From the NCBI GenBank assembly GCA_022560555.1, contig JADFSZ010000038.1:1-11509 (forward strand): DNA of 11,509 nt, given 5' to 3'. The notes beneath the pieces are model-generated. The model made no database searches. It was not told the DNA's origin and saw nothing but the letters and a program-made list of their open reading frames with translations. The stretch's first letter is position 1. Each line of letters begins with the position of its first letter. Positions 1 through 7,706 of this stretch are shown here, piece after piece. The DNA is from PVC group bacterium (GTDB lineage: Bacteria > GCA-001730085 > JADFSZ01). The translations under genes were made by a program, and so were the position numbers.

Positions 1-1
1 G

Positions 2-817
2 ATTACGGAATCCAATGGGTTTTCATCCATGGCGAGCGTTTGCGGAGGTGTCCTGGCCATGTTAGACGCAGGAATCCCTATCAGGGCTTCTGTGGCAGGA
101 ATTGCCATGGGCTTGGTTAAAGAGGGCGATGATGTGGTTATACTGTCTGACATTCAGGGTGTTGAGGACCATCTGGGAGATATGGATTTTAAAATTACCG
201 GAACTCGCGATGGATTGACAGCCGTACAGATGGATATTAAAATTTCCGGAGTGACAAGTGAAATTATGGCAAAAGCACTCGAGCAGGCGAGGGAAGGCCG
301 GCTTCATATTCTTGATAAAATGGCAGAAACGCTGAAGGAGCCTAGGGCGGCTCTGTCCAAACATGCGCCTCAATATCAGACAATTAAAATCCATCCTGAT
401 AAAATTCGTGAAGTCATCGGTTCCGGCGGAAAAGTCATTCGCGGAATTGTGGATGCAACGGGAGCGCAAATTGATATTGAAGATGACGGGCTTATTAAGA
501 TCTTTTCCGTAAACGCTGAATCCGGGGAACAGGCGCTTCAAATTATCAAAGATATTGTGCTCGATCCTGAGGTTGGAAAAACATATAAAGCGACTGTCAA
601 AAAGCTCATGCCTTTCGGGTGTTTTGTAGAGATTCTTCCGGGAAAAGAAGGGCTTGTTCATATCTCCCAACTTGCCATGGAAAGAGTCGAAAAGGTTGAA
701 GATGTTGTCAGTCTCGGGGATGAGATTATGGTGAAGTTGACCGAGATAGATAAACAGGGCCGATTGAATCTCAGTCATAAAGCTGTTCTTGTCCAAAAAG
801 AGCAAGTGAACACGTGA
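2..817 (+). CDS. pnp: Polyribonucleotide nucleotidyltransferase (PNPase), C-terminal part; the 5' end lies outside the window
   Basis: The frame is open from the window edge (ITESNGFSS precedes the Met at 29). The translation shows the end of the second RNase PH domain ([30 protein letters not shown]), then a KH domain ([11 protein letters not shown]), then an S1 domain ([33 protein letters not shown]). This is the canonical PNPase domain order. Stop TGA at 815-817. Confidence 0.95.
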   Translation: MTESNGFSSMASVCGGVLAMLDAGIPIRASVAGIAMGLVKEGDDVVILSDIQGVEDHLGDMDFKITGTRDGLTAVQMDIKISGVTSEIMAKALEQAREGRLHILDKMAETLKEPRAALSKHAPQYQTIKIHPDKIREVIGSGGKVIRGIVDATGAQIDIEDDGLIKIFSVNAESGEQALQIIKDIVLDPEVGKTYKATVKKLMPFGCFVEILPGKEGLVHISQLAMERVEKVEDVVSLGDEIMVKLTEIDKQGRLNLSHKAVLVQKEQVNT

Positions 818-847
818 CCAAAAGTCGCGGCGAATAAACCTCTTTCC

Positions 848-1291
848 ATGATTCAGATTCCAATAACACAAAATTCGGATGCTGCTGATCTTCCGCTTCC
901 TCAATACATGTCTGATGGGGCGAGCGGGCTGGATCTTTACTCGGCGAATCACGATGACATCGTCATGAAGCCGGGCGAAATTCACATTATTTCGACAGGT
1001 ATCTCTGTTGCCATTCCTCATGGATATGAGATTCAGGTTCGACCTCGAAGCGGTCTTGCCTTTAAACACGGAATTAGCATTGTCAATTCGCCGGGAACGA
1101 TTGATTCTGATTACCGGGGTGAGATTCGTGTGGTTTTGGTAAATCTAGGAAAAGTTGTGTTCACGATCAAACGCGGATATCGCATTGCCCAGATGATTCT
1201 TCATAAGGTGGAGCGTGTTGAGTGGATGCCGGTTAAAGATTTAGAAAGTTCGGTACGCGCAGAAGGCGGATTCGGGCACACGGGGGTTTAA
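848..1291 (+). CDS. dut: dUTP diphosphatase (dUTPase)
   Basis: 147 aa, the typical size for this family. Conserved dUTPase motifs are present: GASGLDLYS, RPRSGLAFKHGI, GTIDSDYRGEI and C-terminal GGFGHTG. Confidence 0.95.
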   Translation: MIQIPITQNSDAADLPLPQYMSDGASGLDLYSANHDDIVMKPGEIHIISTGISVAIPHGYEIQVRPRSGLAFKHGISIVNSPGTIDSDYRGEIRVVLVNLGKVVFTIKRGYRIAQMILHKVERVEWMPVKDLESSVRAEGGFGHTGV

Positions 1292-1294
1292 AAA

Positions 1295-1317
1295 CTTGTT
1301 TCTGGTTGCTTGTTTCT
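1295..1317. repeat. Direct repeat CTTGTTTCT x2 (1295-1303 and 1309-1317), carrying the GTTTCT core in inverted orientation relative to the downstream AGAAAC array
   Basis: Read directly. Both 9-mers are identical and start 14 bp apart. Each is the exact reverse complement of AGAAACAAG at 1351-1359. GTTTCTGGTT (1298-1307) is the exact reverse complement of AACCAGAAAC at 1382-1391, 1389-1398 and 1396-1405. Confidence 0.9.
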
Positions 1318-1383
1318 TGTTACTAGTTAAAAGCAAAAAAACAAACAATTAGAAACAAGGAATGAGAAACTTGTAGTTAAAAA

Positions 1384-1418
1384 CCAGAAACCAGAAACCA
1401 GAAACTAGAAACCAAAAG
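1384..1418 (+). repeat. Five tandem heptamers (CCAGAAA x3, CTAGAAA, CCAAAAG) ending immediately before the uppP ATG
   Basis: Read directly. Units are 1384-1390, 1391-1397, 1398-1404, 1405-1411 and 1412-1418, with the ATG at 1419. Further AGAAAC cores sit at 1351 and 1365. Same-orientation core spacings are 14, 21, 7, 7 and 7 bp. Confidence 0.9.
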
Positions 1419-2186
1419 ATGTCCTTATATGAATCATGCATTTTAGGTTTAGTTCAAGGTTTAACGGAATTTTTACCCGTCAGCAGTTCCGGGCATTTGG
1501 TTCTTCTTCAAAATTTCTTCGGCGTCAAAGACAATAGTGTTTTATTTAATGTCCTTCTCCATATGGCAACGTTGTTTGTCATCATTTCCGTTTATTTCAA
1601 AGATATTTTACGCATGATCACCAAAGAGCTGCGGTATCTGGGATTGGTTGCTTGCGGAGTCGCCCCAACCCTTGTGATTGGCGGGTTTGGATACAAATTT
1701 TTCATGTCCTTTTTTGAAGACTCTCTTGGCTGGATCGGCTTATTCCTTATTATAACGGGTCTTGGGATATGTCTCGGAGAAAAAAGGGCCCGAGTGCATA
1801 CAGAGGTGCAAAACCTCAATATTATGAAAGCCTTCCTCATTGGAGTTGTCCAATCAGTCGCGATTTTACCCGGTATTTCAAGATCCGGTTTTACCATTGC
1901 CGCGGCATGCGCGATGGGTCTTGATCGTAAGGAGGCCGTTAAATTTTCCTTCATGCTTGCCATCCCCAGTATCCTGGGAGCTTTCGTGTTGCAAATTATT
2001 AAGGAACCTATTATAATTGCTGATATTAGGGTGATTTCAGTTGGGGTGCTAACAGCTGTGGTTTTTGGTTTCTTGGCCCTAAAATTATTACAGATTACCG
2101 TGATGAATAAAACATGGGTCAAATTTGCCTACTACTGTATATGTGTGGGCGTTTTGACACTCTTGTACCAATTTATTTCGGCTTGA
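1419..2186 (+). CDS. uppP: Undecaprenyl-diphosphate phosphatase (UppP/BacA)
   Basis: 255 aa polytopic membrane protein. It has the signature N-terminal motif GLVQGLTEFLPVSSSGHLVL and the second conserved motif LPGISRSGFTIAA. An in-frame stop at 1374-1376 rules out a longer N-terminus. Confidence 0.93.
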   Translation: MSLYESCILGLVQGLTEFLPVSSSGHLVLLQNFFGVKDNSVLFNVLLHMATLFVIISVYFKDILRMITKELRYLGLVACGVAPTLVIGGFGYKFFMSFFEDSLGWIGLFLIITGLGICLGEKRARVHTEVQNLNIMKAFLIGVVQSVAILPGISRSGFTIAAACAMGLDRKEAVKFSFMLAIPSILGAFVLQIIKEPIIIADIRVISVGVLTAVVFGFLALKLLQITVMNKTWVKFAYYCICVGVLTLLYQFISA

Positions 2187-2228
2187 TCCATTCGAAAGTA
2201 TCGTTAAAGCTGTCATCACTTGGGCTCT

Positions 2229-4586
2229 ATGAAAAAGAAGAAACCCGAAAAATTGGGGCATCAGCACGAAGTGTACGCCATCATCCTTTTTGCGATGGCG
2301 GTTTTAGCCGCATTGGCCATTGCTAGCTTCGATTCGCATGATATTCACTTCGTAACGTCAGATCCGAACCATCCGATTAAAAATTATGTCGGCATAATCG
2401 GAGCTTATTTCACTTGGACGGTTTCCTTTGTTGTTGGTCGATCTGTTATCTTGATTCCCATTTTGCTTTTCGGTTGGTCTCTTTCAATATTTTTTGACAA
2501 AAAGTTTTATTACGGCCGCAGGTATATCAAAATCATTGCGGGGCTTTTGGCGTTTATTTTACTGTCAACACTATTCGCGATGGGGACCCAAAATATGTCC
2601 CAGCGTGTGGACGCGGGAGGTGTTGTCGGTGCATGGCTGACAAATGATATCTTTATTCCTTATCTTGGAACCATTGGCGCTTATCTTGTTATCTGTACTC
2701 TTTTGATTTTGTCTTTTTCGTTAGCTTCGGATTTCCTCTTTATCCCATTTATGATTTTTGCCGTGAAAAAAATTATTACCATTTCCAGGATATCATGGAC
2801 GAGGGTTCTGTCTATGGGGCAGGCGATCTTGAGTTGGAAAGATAAAATTTCCGGTTTAAAATTCAAAAACCCTCTTAAAAAGTTAAAAAGTGAAAAGCCC
2901 AAGTTAAATTTTTATGCCTCAGGCCGTCGAAAAAAGAAGGTTATGGATGATGAAAGTGAAGCTGAAGAAGAGATGCAGGCTGAAATTCAAAAAGTCAATG
3001 AGAAGATTATCCAAGAGCGTGGACGGCCCATTAATATCGTTTCATCTCCAAAGCCGCAAAAAGCACCTCCGAAGCCCGAAGATAATCTCGGGAAGGAGCC
3101 GCCCCTCTTAGATGATTTGCCGGGGGCATCGATAGATGTTTCCCGGGAAATTCCTTATGTCATTCCCCGGACTGATATCCTGGCGGAGCCGGAGTATCTG
3201 GAAAACAGGGATGTTGAGCGTGAAATCAATGATAAAGCTGAAATTCTGATTAAGACCATGCGTCAATTCAATATTGATATTACCGTCAAACGTGTGAATA
3301 ATGGGCCGGTATTAACAATCTATGAAGTACAACCCGCGCCGGGAATAAAAATAAGTTCCATTTTGAATTTATCCGATAACTTAGCGATGGCGCTCAAGGC
3401 ATCCAGCATTAGAATCCTGGCTCCTATTCCGGGGAAATCCACGGTGGGTATTGAGGTTCCGAACATGGCGAGAAATATTGTTTATCTGCGGGAACTTCTT
3501 GAAACAGACCGCTTTCAGAACAAAAAGAATAAACTACTCCTTGCTCTCGGAAAAGATATTCTAGGAAATCCCTTGTATGTGGATCTCGCGGAAATGCCTC
3601 ATTTGCTCATTGCCGGCGCGACCAATTCGGGAAAAACTGTATGCATAAATGCCATCATCATGAGTCTTTTGTATCACGCGTCTCCACAGGATGTAAAATT
3701 GCTTTTGATAGATCCGAAAATGGTGGAGCTTGCCGGGTATGATGGCCTTCCTCATCTAATTTCTCCTGTTATCACGGATGCTAAAAAAGTTCCGGGAGCC
3801 TTGAACTGGCTGATCGGTGAAATGGAAAGACGTTACACCTTGTTTTCCAAGGCCGGTGTGCGCAATATTGAAAGCTATCGTCAAAAACTCCGTTTAGGGG
3901 ATGCGGCTGATGAGAATCGTCTCAATATTCCCTATATTGTGACCATCATAGATGAGCTTGCGGATCTGATGATGGTATCGGCACAGGAAATTGAGACCTC
4001 GATCACACGTTTAGCTCAACTGGCCCGTGCGGTTGGAATCCATTTGATTTTAGCCACGCAAAGACCGTCTGTCGATGTTGTAACAGGTCTTATTAAAGCC
4101 AATTTTCCGGCACGTATTTCTTTTAAGGTGGCTTCCAAGGTAGATTCCCGCACGATATTGGATGCGTCCGGAGCGGATAAGCTTTTAGGGAAAGGGGATT
4201 TTCTGTTTCTTGGTCCGGCAACCACGAATCTTGTTCGCGCGCAATGCTGCTATGTAACGGACAAAGAAATTGAAAATGTTGTGAGTACGATCAACGATCA
4301 AGGAATCGAGCCTGAGTATGAAAGCGATGTGACTAACGCCTCGCGTTTGAGCTCGAATGTTCTCGATTCAAGCCAGGATGAACTTTATGATGAAGCTGTA
4401 CGAATTGTGTTGGATTCAGAGCAAGCATCGGCCTCTCTCCTTCAGAGAAGAATGAGAATAGGGTACGCGAGAGCGGCCCGTCTGGTTGACATGATGGAAA
4501 TGAACAGTATTGTCAGTCCGTCGCGCGGGAGTAAGGCGCGTGAAGTATTGATTTCCAGGGAGGAGTATGTCAGAAATGATGATTGA
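2229..4586 (+). CDS. ftsK: DNA translocase FtsK/SpoIIIE
   Basis: The domain order is: N-terminal multi-TM region, charged/Pro-rich linker, motor domain, C-terminal gamma winged-helix. The motor domain has Walker A GATNSGKT (3615-3638), Walker B IVTIIDELADL and LILATQRPSVDV. The gamma segment reads ASASLLQRRMRIGYARAARLVDMME. The start is ambiguous: ATG at 2229 is preferred, and TTG at 2220 is in frame three codons upstream. Neither has an obvious SD. Confidence 0.92.
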   Translation: MKKKKPEKLGHQHEVYAIILFAMAVLAALAIASFDSHDIHFVTSDPNHPIKNYVGIIGAYFTWTVSFVVGRSVILIPILLFGWSLSIFFDKKFYYGRRYIKIIAGLLAFILLSTLFAMGTQNMSQRVDAGGVVGAWLTNDIFIPYLGTIGAYLVICTLLILSFSLASDFLFIPFMIFAVKKIITISRISWTRVLSMGQAILSWKDKISGLKFKNPLKKLKSEKPKLNFYASGRRKKKVMDDESEAEEEMQAEIQKVNEKIIQERGRPINIVSSPKPQKAPPKPEDNLGKEPPLLDDLPGASIDVSREIPYVIPRTDILAEPEYLENRDVEREINDKAEILIKTMRQFNIDITVKRVNNGPVLTIYEVQPAPGIKISSILNLSDNLAMALKASSIRILAPIPGKSTVGIEVPNMARNIVYLRELLETDRFQNKKNKLLLALGKDILGNPLYVDLAEMPHLLIAGATNSGKTVCINAIIMSLLYHASPQDVKLLLIDPKMVELAGYDGLPHLISPVITDAKKVPGALNWLIGEMERRYTLFSKAGVRNIESYRQKLRLGDAADENRLNIPYIVTIIDELADLMMVSAQEIETSITRLAQLARAVGIHLILATQRPSVDVVTGLIKANFPARISFKVASKVDSRTILDASGADKLLGKGDFLFLGPATTNLVRAQCCYVTDKEIENVVSTINDQGIEPEYESDVTNASRLSSNVLDSSQDELYDEAVRIVLDSEQASASLLQRRMRIGYARAARLVDMMEMNSIVSPSRGSKAREVLISREEYVRNDD
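4559..4565 (+). promoter_or_regulatory. Shine-Dalgarno-like GGAGGAG embedded in the 3' end of ftsK, serving the downstream overlapping ORF
   Basis: GGAGGAG is read at 4559-4565. AGGAG ends 10 nt before the ATG at 4576 and only 1 nt before the ATG at 4567. Confidence 0.5.
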
Positions 4587-5283
4587 TTTACACAAGATCC
4601 AACAGGCGTCTAAGAAAAAGAGATTGTTGTTTGTGCCCTCTACGGACAATCCACCAAGTACAATTGTCTACAACTCACCTCATGTTGAAACAGAATTACC
4701 TAAGGCTCATGTGGCTTATGAAAAGAGCCATAAAACTCTTTGGCAGACAGTGCCGCATAGTTCATTTGATCCACACCCATTAACACGATCTTATTCGGGG
4801 CAAATTTTTCAATCATCAAAACGATCACCGTGGATATATATCATTAGTGCGATGGGGCTTTTTGCGGTGCTGTTAGTGATGATCGTATACGGCATTTTTC
4901 ATTTGATCCAAAAATCAGATCCCCGGCTTATCCGCCGCGGTTCTAAGGCCCGGATAACCGTTATAAAAGACGAGCCTCTTGGACAAGAAGCTCCTATGAA
5001 TGGACTTTTGTCTTTTTCGAGGGGGGAAGTCCTTTCTGTCAAAGTCACGGCCGAAAAAGATGTTTGGATTCGGGCGACTATTGACAGTGAAATTTTATTT
5101 GAAGGCATTTTGTATCGAGGAATGACAGAAGAATGGTTGGGCCAAGAGAATATCATAGTTAAAACAGGCAATCCGAATTCGATTAATGTCTTTGTAAACG
5201 GAGGCCGACTTGATGTGCCCCATCAGGCGGAATCCAGGCCTCTCGTCATAAAAATAAATCAAACCGGCACCACGTTTATCTAA
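4576..5283 (+). CDS. Bitopic membrane protein with a RodZ-like C-terminal domain (DUF4115-like) and no recognisable N-terminal HTH
   Basis: There is one hydrophobic span, PWIYIISAMGLFAVLLVMIVYGIFHL (about 4828-4902). The C-terminal region (about 5014-5262) reads LSVKVTAEKDVWIRATIDSEILFEGILYRGMTEEW...IIVKTGNPNSINVFVNGGRL. By eye this resembles the RodZ C-terminal (DUF4115) pattern. Candidate starts are ATG at 4567, 4576 and 4579. I chose 4576 on SD spacing. All three overlap the ftsK stop at 4584-4586. Confidence 0.6.
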   Translation: MMIDLHKIQQASKKKRLLFVPSTDNPPSTIVYNSPHVETELPKAHVAYEKSHKTLWQTVPHSSFDPHPLTRSYSGQIFQSSKRSPWIYIISAMGLFAVLLVMIVYGIFHLIQKSDPRLIRRGSKARITVIKDEPLGQEAPMNGLLSFSRGEVLSVKVTAEKDVWIRATIDSEILFEGILYRGMTEEWLGQENIIVKTGNPNSINVFVNGGRLDVPHQAESRPLVIKINQTGTTFI

Positions 5284-5284
5284 A

Positions 5285-6619
5285 ATGAATATTAAGCGCA
5301 TAGGGCTCTTGACTTTGGGATGTTCAAAGAATCTAACAGATTCTGAGTACATTGTATCCAAATTAACAAAAGCAGGCTATCAGGTTAGCACGGATGAAAC
5401 GGATGTGGACGTGATTCTGGTCAATACGTGTGGGTTTATTGAACCTGCTAAAAAAGAATCGATTGAATCCATTCTTCAGGCCGTACAGATGAAAAAAGAA
5501 GGGCGTATTCAAAAAGTGATTGTGACCGGATGTATGGTTGAACGTTATTTTAAAGAGCTTAAGAAAGAAATTCCCGAAGTTGATGATTTTATCCTGATTA
5601 AGGATTATCCTCATATTGGCCAACGATTGGAAAGCATCTTTAATAACGGAAAAACACGAGCTCTTGTTGAGAAAGATCGGAGACTTCTCTATGATGACTA
5701 TAATGATCGGACACTACTGACTCCCAAACATTACGCGTACTTAAAAATCGGAGAAGGCTGCAACCATAAGTGTGGTTTTTGCATGATTCCGGCTATGCGG
5801 GGGCGTTTTGTATCAAGAGAGATTGATGCCCTTGTCGGAGAGGCTAAAGTGCTTGGGGAGCGAGGGGTGAAAGAACTCATTCTCATCGCCCAGGATGCAA
5901 CGTATTACGGTTTGGATATGCCTAAAAAAACGAGTTTAGCTGTACTCTTGAGACGTTTAGCACACGAGACATCGGTGGAGTGGATCCGTATTTTGTACGC
6001 GTATCCGACGACCTTGACTTCGGAGATGATAGATGTGATTGCCGAGGAGAAAAAGATTTGCAAATACATCGATATGCCTCTTCAGCATGCGTCTGACACC
6101 ATGCTTAAGAGAATGAGACGGGGATACACTCATAAAAAAATCTGCGAGCTCTTGAAAAAAATCCGTTCCAGGATTCCCGAAGTAGGCCTGAGGACCACCA
6201 TGATTGTCGGATATCCCGGCGAAAAAGAAGAAGATTATCAGCGGCTCGAGGATTTTGTTAAGGAAATGAAATTTGAGCGTTTGGGGGTTTTTCAGTATTC
6301 GGATGAAGAAAATTCATTCGCGTATAACCTCGATCATAAAGTACCTGATGTCGTCAAAAAAGAAAGATATGCCCGTTTGATGGAGATACAAAAAAAAGTC
6401 TCCGAAAAGACCAACGAAAATTTAATTGGGCGGATCGTCCGCGTGCTTGTTGATGACGTGAAGAAAAATGAAGGAGAGTCTATTGGACGGACCGAGTGGG
6501 ATGCTCCGGAAGTGGACCAAAATGTGATTATCTCCAAAGCAGAGCTTAAGCCCGGGCAATTTGCTAACGTGAAAATCGAAGATGCCCTAGAGTATGATCT
6601 TATTGGCCAAGTGTGTTAA
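5285..6619 (+). CDS. rimO: Ribosomal protein S12 methylthiotransferase RimO (radical SAM MTTase)
   Basis: 444 aa. It has the RimO-type N-terminal MTTase domain (LGCSKNLTDSE, VNTCGFI), the radical-SAM cluster CNHKCGFC (5759-5782), DMPLQHASDTMLKRMRR, and a C-terminal TRAM-like domain. The LGC-x-KN-x-x-DSE form favours RimO over MiaB. The start is 1 nt after the previous stop. Confidence 0.88.
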   Translation: MNIKRIGLLTLGCSKNLTDSEYIVSKLTKAGYQVSTDETDVDVILVNTCGFIEPAKKESIESILQAVQMKKEGRIQKVIVTGCMVERYFKELKKEIPEVDDFILIKDYPHIGQRLESIFNNGKTRALVEKDRRLLYDDYNDRTLLTPKHYAYLKIGEGCNHKCGFCMIPAMRGRFVSREIDALVGEAKVLGERGVKELILIAQDATYYGLDMPKKTSLAVLLRRLAHETSVEWIRILYAYPTTLTSEMIDVIAEEKKICKYIDMPLQHASDTMLKRMRRGYTHKKICELLKKIRSRIPEVGLRTTMIVGYPGEKEEDYQRLEDFVKEMKFERLGVFQYSDEENSFAYNLDHKVPDVVKKERYARLMEIQKKVSEKTNENLIGRIVRVLVDDVKKNEGESIGRTEWDAPEVDQNVIISKAELKPGQFANVKIEDALEYDLIGQVC

Positions 6620-6678
6620 CTTTTTCGTTCGCTTTTTTTACGATTATCCATTCACGATTTACGAATTACATTTTTAAT

Positions 6679-7257
6679 ATGAACTTACCGAATAAAATTA
6701 CAACAGCGCGATTTTTTATGATCATCGTATTCCTGGTGTTTTTGTGGTTGCCTGGGGTCGTGGCAAAATCGACAGCCCTGTTGATTTCCGTCCTTATCGG
6801 TGTTTCTGATTATTTGGATGGGTATTATGCCCGGAAGTACAATCTCCAAACGATTTTTGGCCAATTAATGGATCCCTTGGCCGATAAGATATTTATTTGT
6901 TCCGCGTTTATCGCGTTTGTGGGCATGAATATTGTTCCGGCATGGATCGTGGTTTTAATCATAAGCCGTGAGTTTTTAGTGACAGGGCTTCGTTTGATCG
7001 CTCTCACGCGGGGACGCGTAATCGAGGCTCGAGGTAGCGCGAAACATAAGACCGTATATCAGCTGGTTGCCATTAACGCGATTCTCTTAAGACTCGTACT
7101 TGAGGAAGGGTTTGGTTCATGGAACCGGGAGAACGTTTTTGTGGGCTTGTACGATCTTTTTGTCCAGGCCATGATTTATTTAGTCGTTTTTATGACAGTG
7201 TGGTCCGGAGCGCAATACCTGTTGACTCATAAGGATGTTCTTATTGAAGAAAAATGA
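6679..7257 (+). CDS. pgsA: CDP-diacylglycerol--glycerol-3-phosphate 3-phosphatidyltransferase
   Basis: The CDP-alcohol phosphatidyltransferase motif D-x2-DG-x2-AR-x8-G-x3-D-x3-D is read as DYLDGYYARKYNLQTIFGQLMDPLAD (6808-6885). The N-terminus MNLPNKITTARFFMI matches the usual PgsA start. The longer GTG-6613 version adds 22 residues with no homologous counterpart. Confidence 0.9.
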   Translation: MNLPNKITTARFFMIIVFLVFLWLPGVVAKSTALLISVLIGVSDYLDGYYARKYNLQTIFGQLMDPLADKIFICSAFIAFVGMNIVPAWIVVLIISREFLVTGLRLIALTRGRVIEARGSAKHKTVYQLVAINAILLRLVLEEGFGSWNRENVFVGLYDLFVQAMIYLVVFMTVWSGAQYLLTHKDVLIEEK

Positions 7258-7706
7258 AATCCCTGAAGAAAATAATTTATTCATTCGGATATTTGGGTTT
7301 TGTTCCAAAATGCCCCGGAACGTTTGGGACACTTGGGGGTGTTGTGATTTGGGTTTTTGTTGCGGGAAACATTTTTTGGCATGGCATTGCGTGCTTGATC
7401 GTTTTGTTTTTTGGATTATGGAGTGTGAATGAGGCGGTCAAGATTTATCATCATCAGGATCCGCAGGTGGTTGTGATCGATGAAGTGATGGGATTTTTGG
7501 TCGCGTCATTTGCGATTGGTTTCTCGTGGCAGACCCTCATGGCCACCTTTATTTTATTTAGAGTATTTGATATTATAAAGCCTTTTCCGTGCCGCGATAT
7601 TGAGGCTTTACGTTCTCCGTGGGGAATAATTTTGGATGATGTGATGGCGGGATTTTACGCGAATATAAGCGTGCGTGCCTTAATATATTTTTGGAATATT
7701 TCATGA
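7254..7706 (+). CDS. pgpA: Phosphatidylglycerophosphatase A
   Basis: 150 aa. PgpA-typical segments are present: GYLGFVPKCPGTFGTLGG, VIDEVMG, FRVFDIIKPFP and ILDDVMAGFYA. There is an ATGA overlap with the pgsA stop (7254-7257). Confidence 0.9.
   Translation: MKSLKKIIYSFGYLGFVPKCPGTFGTLGGVVIWVFVAGNIFWHGIACLIVLFFGLWSVNEAVKIYHHQDPQVVVIDEVMGFLVASFAIGFSWQTLMATFILFRVFDIIKPFPCRDIEALRSPWGIILDDVMAGFYANISVRALIYFWNIS

Noticed and set aside
62-1069. 335-aa stop-free ORF on the minus strand spanning pnp, the pnp-dut spacer and the first half of dut.
   Set aside because: Its codons lie exactly opposite the sense codons, since both pnp and dut start at positions equal to 2 mod 3. It therefore stays open simply because TTA, CTA and TCA codons are absent from this stretch of the sense genes. 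The TTA at 62-64 and the CTA at 1145-1147 in dut bracket the open stretch. The translation is F/N/R/H/C-rich junk with no recognisable motif, whereas the sense-strand products are unmistakable PNPase and dUTPase. The only real observation is the local avoidance of TTA, which is common in later genes such as uppP.
1292-1330. Possible rho-independent terminator after dut. I made similar checks after pnp, uppP, the response regulator and kdsB.
   Set aside because: There is no GC-rich stem followed by a U-run anywhere. The complementary segments in the dut-uppP spacer are AT-rich and far apart, so I report them as a repeat or possible leader structure, not as a called terminator.
1592-2122. 176-aa minus-strand ORF inside uppP.
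   Set aside because: It is antisense to a confidently identified UppP. The sequence is low-complexity with no motifs, so it is a typical shadow ORF.
2914-3111. 65-aa highly basic alternative-frame ORF within the ftsK linker, together with other short same-strand overlapping ORFs (2114-2326, 4583-4783, 7235-7432, 8238-8423).
   Set aside because: These are frame-shifted readings of purine-rich or ordinary coding sequence. They lack SD sequences and motifs and are fully nested in well-supported genes.
6613-6678. GTG-initiated 22-codon N-terminal extension of pgsA that overlaps the rimO stop.
   Set aside because: PgsA homology begins at MNLPNKITTARFF (ATG 6679). The extension, MLTFSFAFFTIIHSRFTNYIFN, is translated AT-rich spacer. 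That spacer contains ACGAWTT-type short repeats at 6640, 6654 and 6661, which more likely belong to a promoter or leader.
7377-7390. Near-consensus sigma-54 promoter element TGGCAT-ggca-TTGC inside pgpA, about 310 nt upstream of the sigma-54 activator gene.
   Set aside because: The spacer between the -24 and -12 elements is 4 nt rather than the strictly required 5 nt, and the site is inside coding sequence. I found no correctly spaced TGGCAC-N5-TTGC in any intergenic region of the window.
7691-7702. TTG start at 7691 for the response regulator (MEYF extension).
   Set aside because: The ATG at 7703 gives the standard MKPSILIVEDE receiver N-terminus and forms an ATGA overlap with the pgpA stop.
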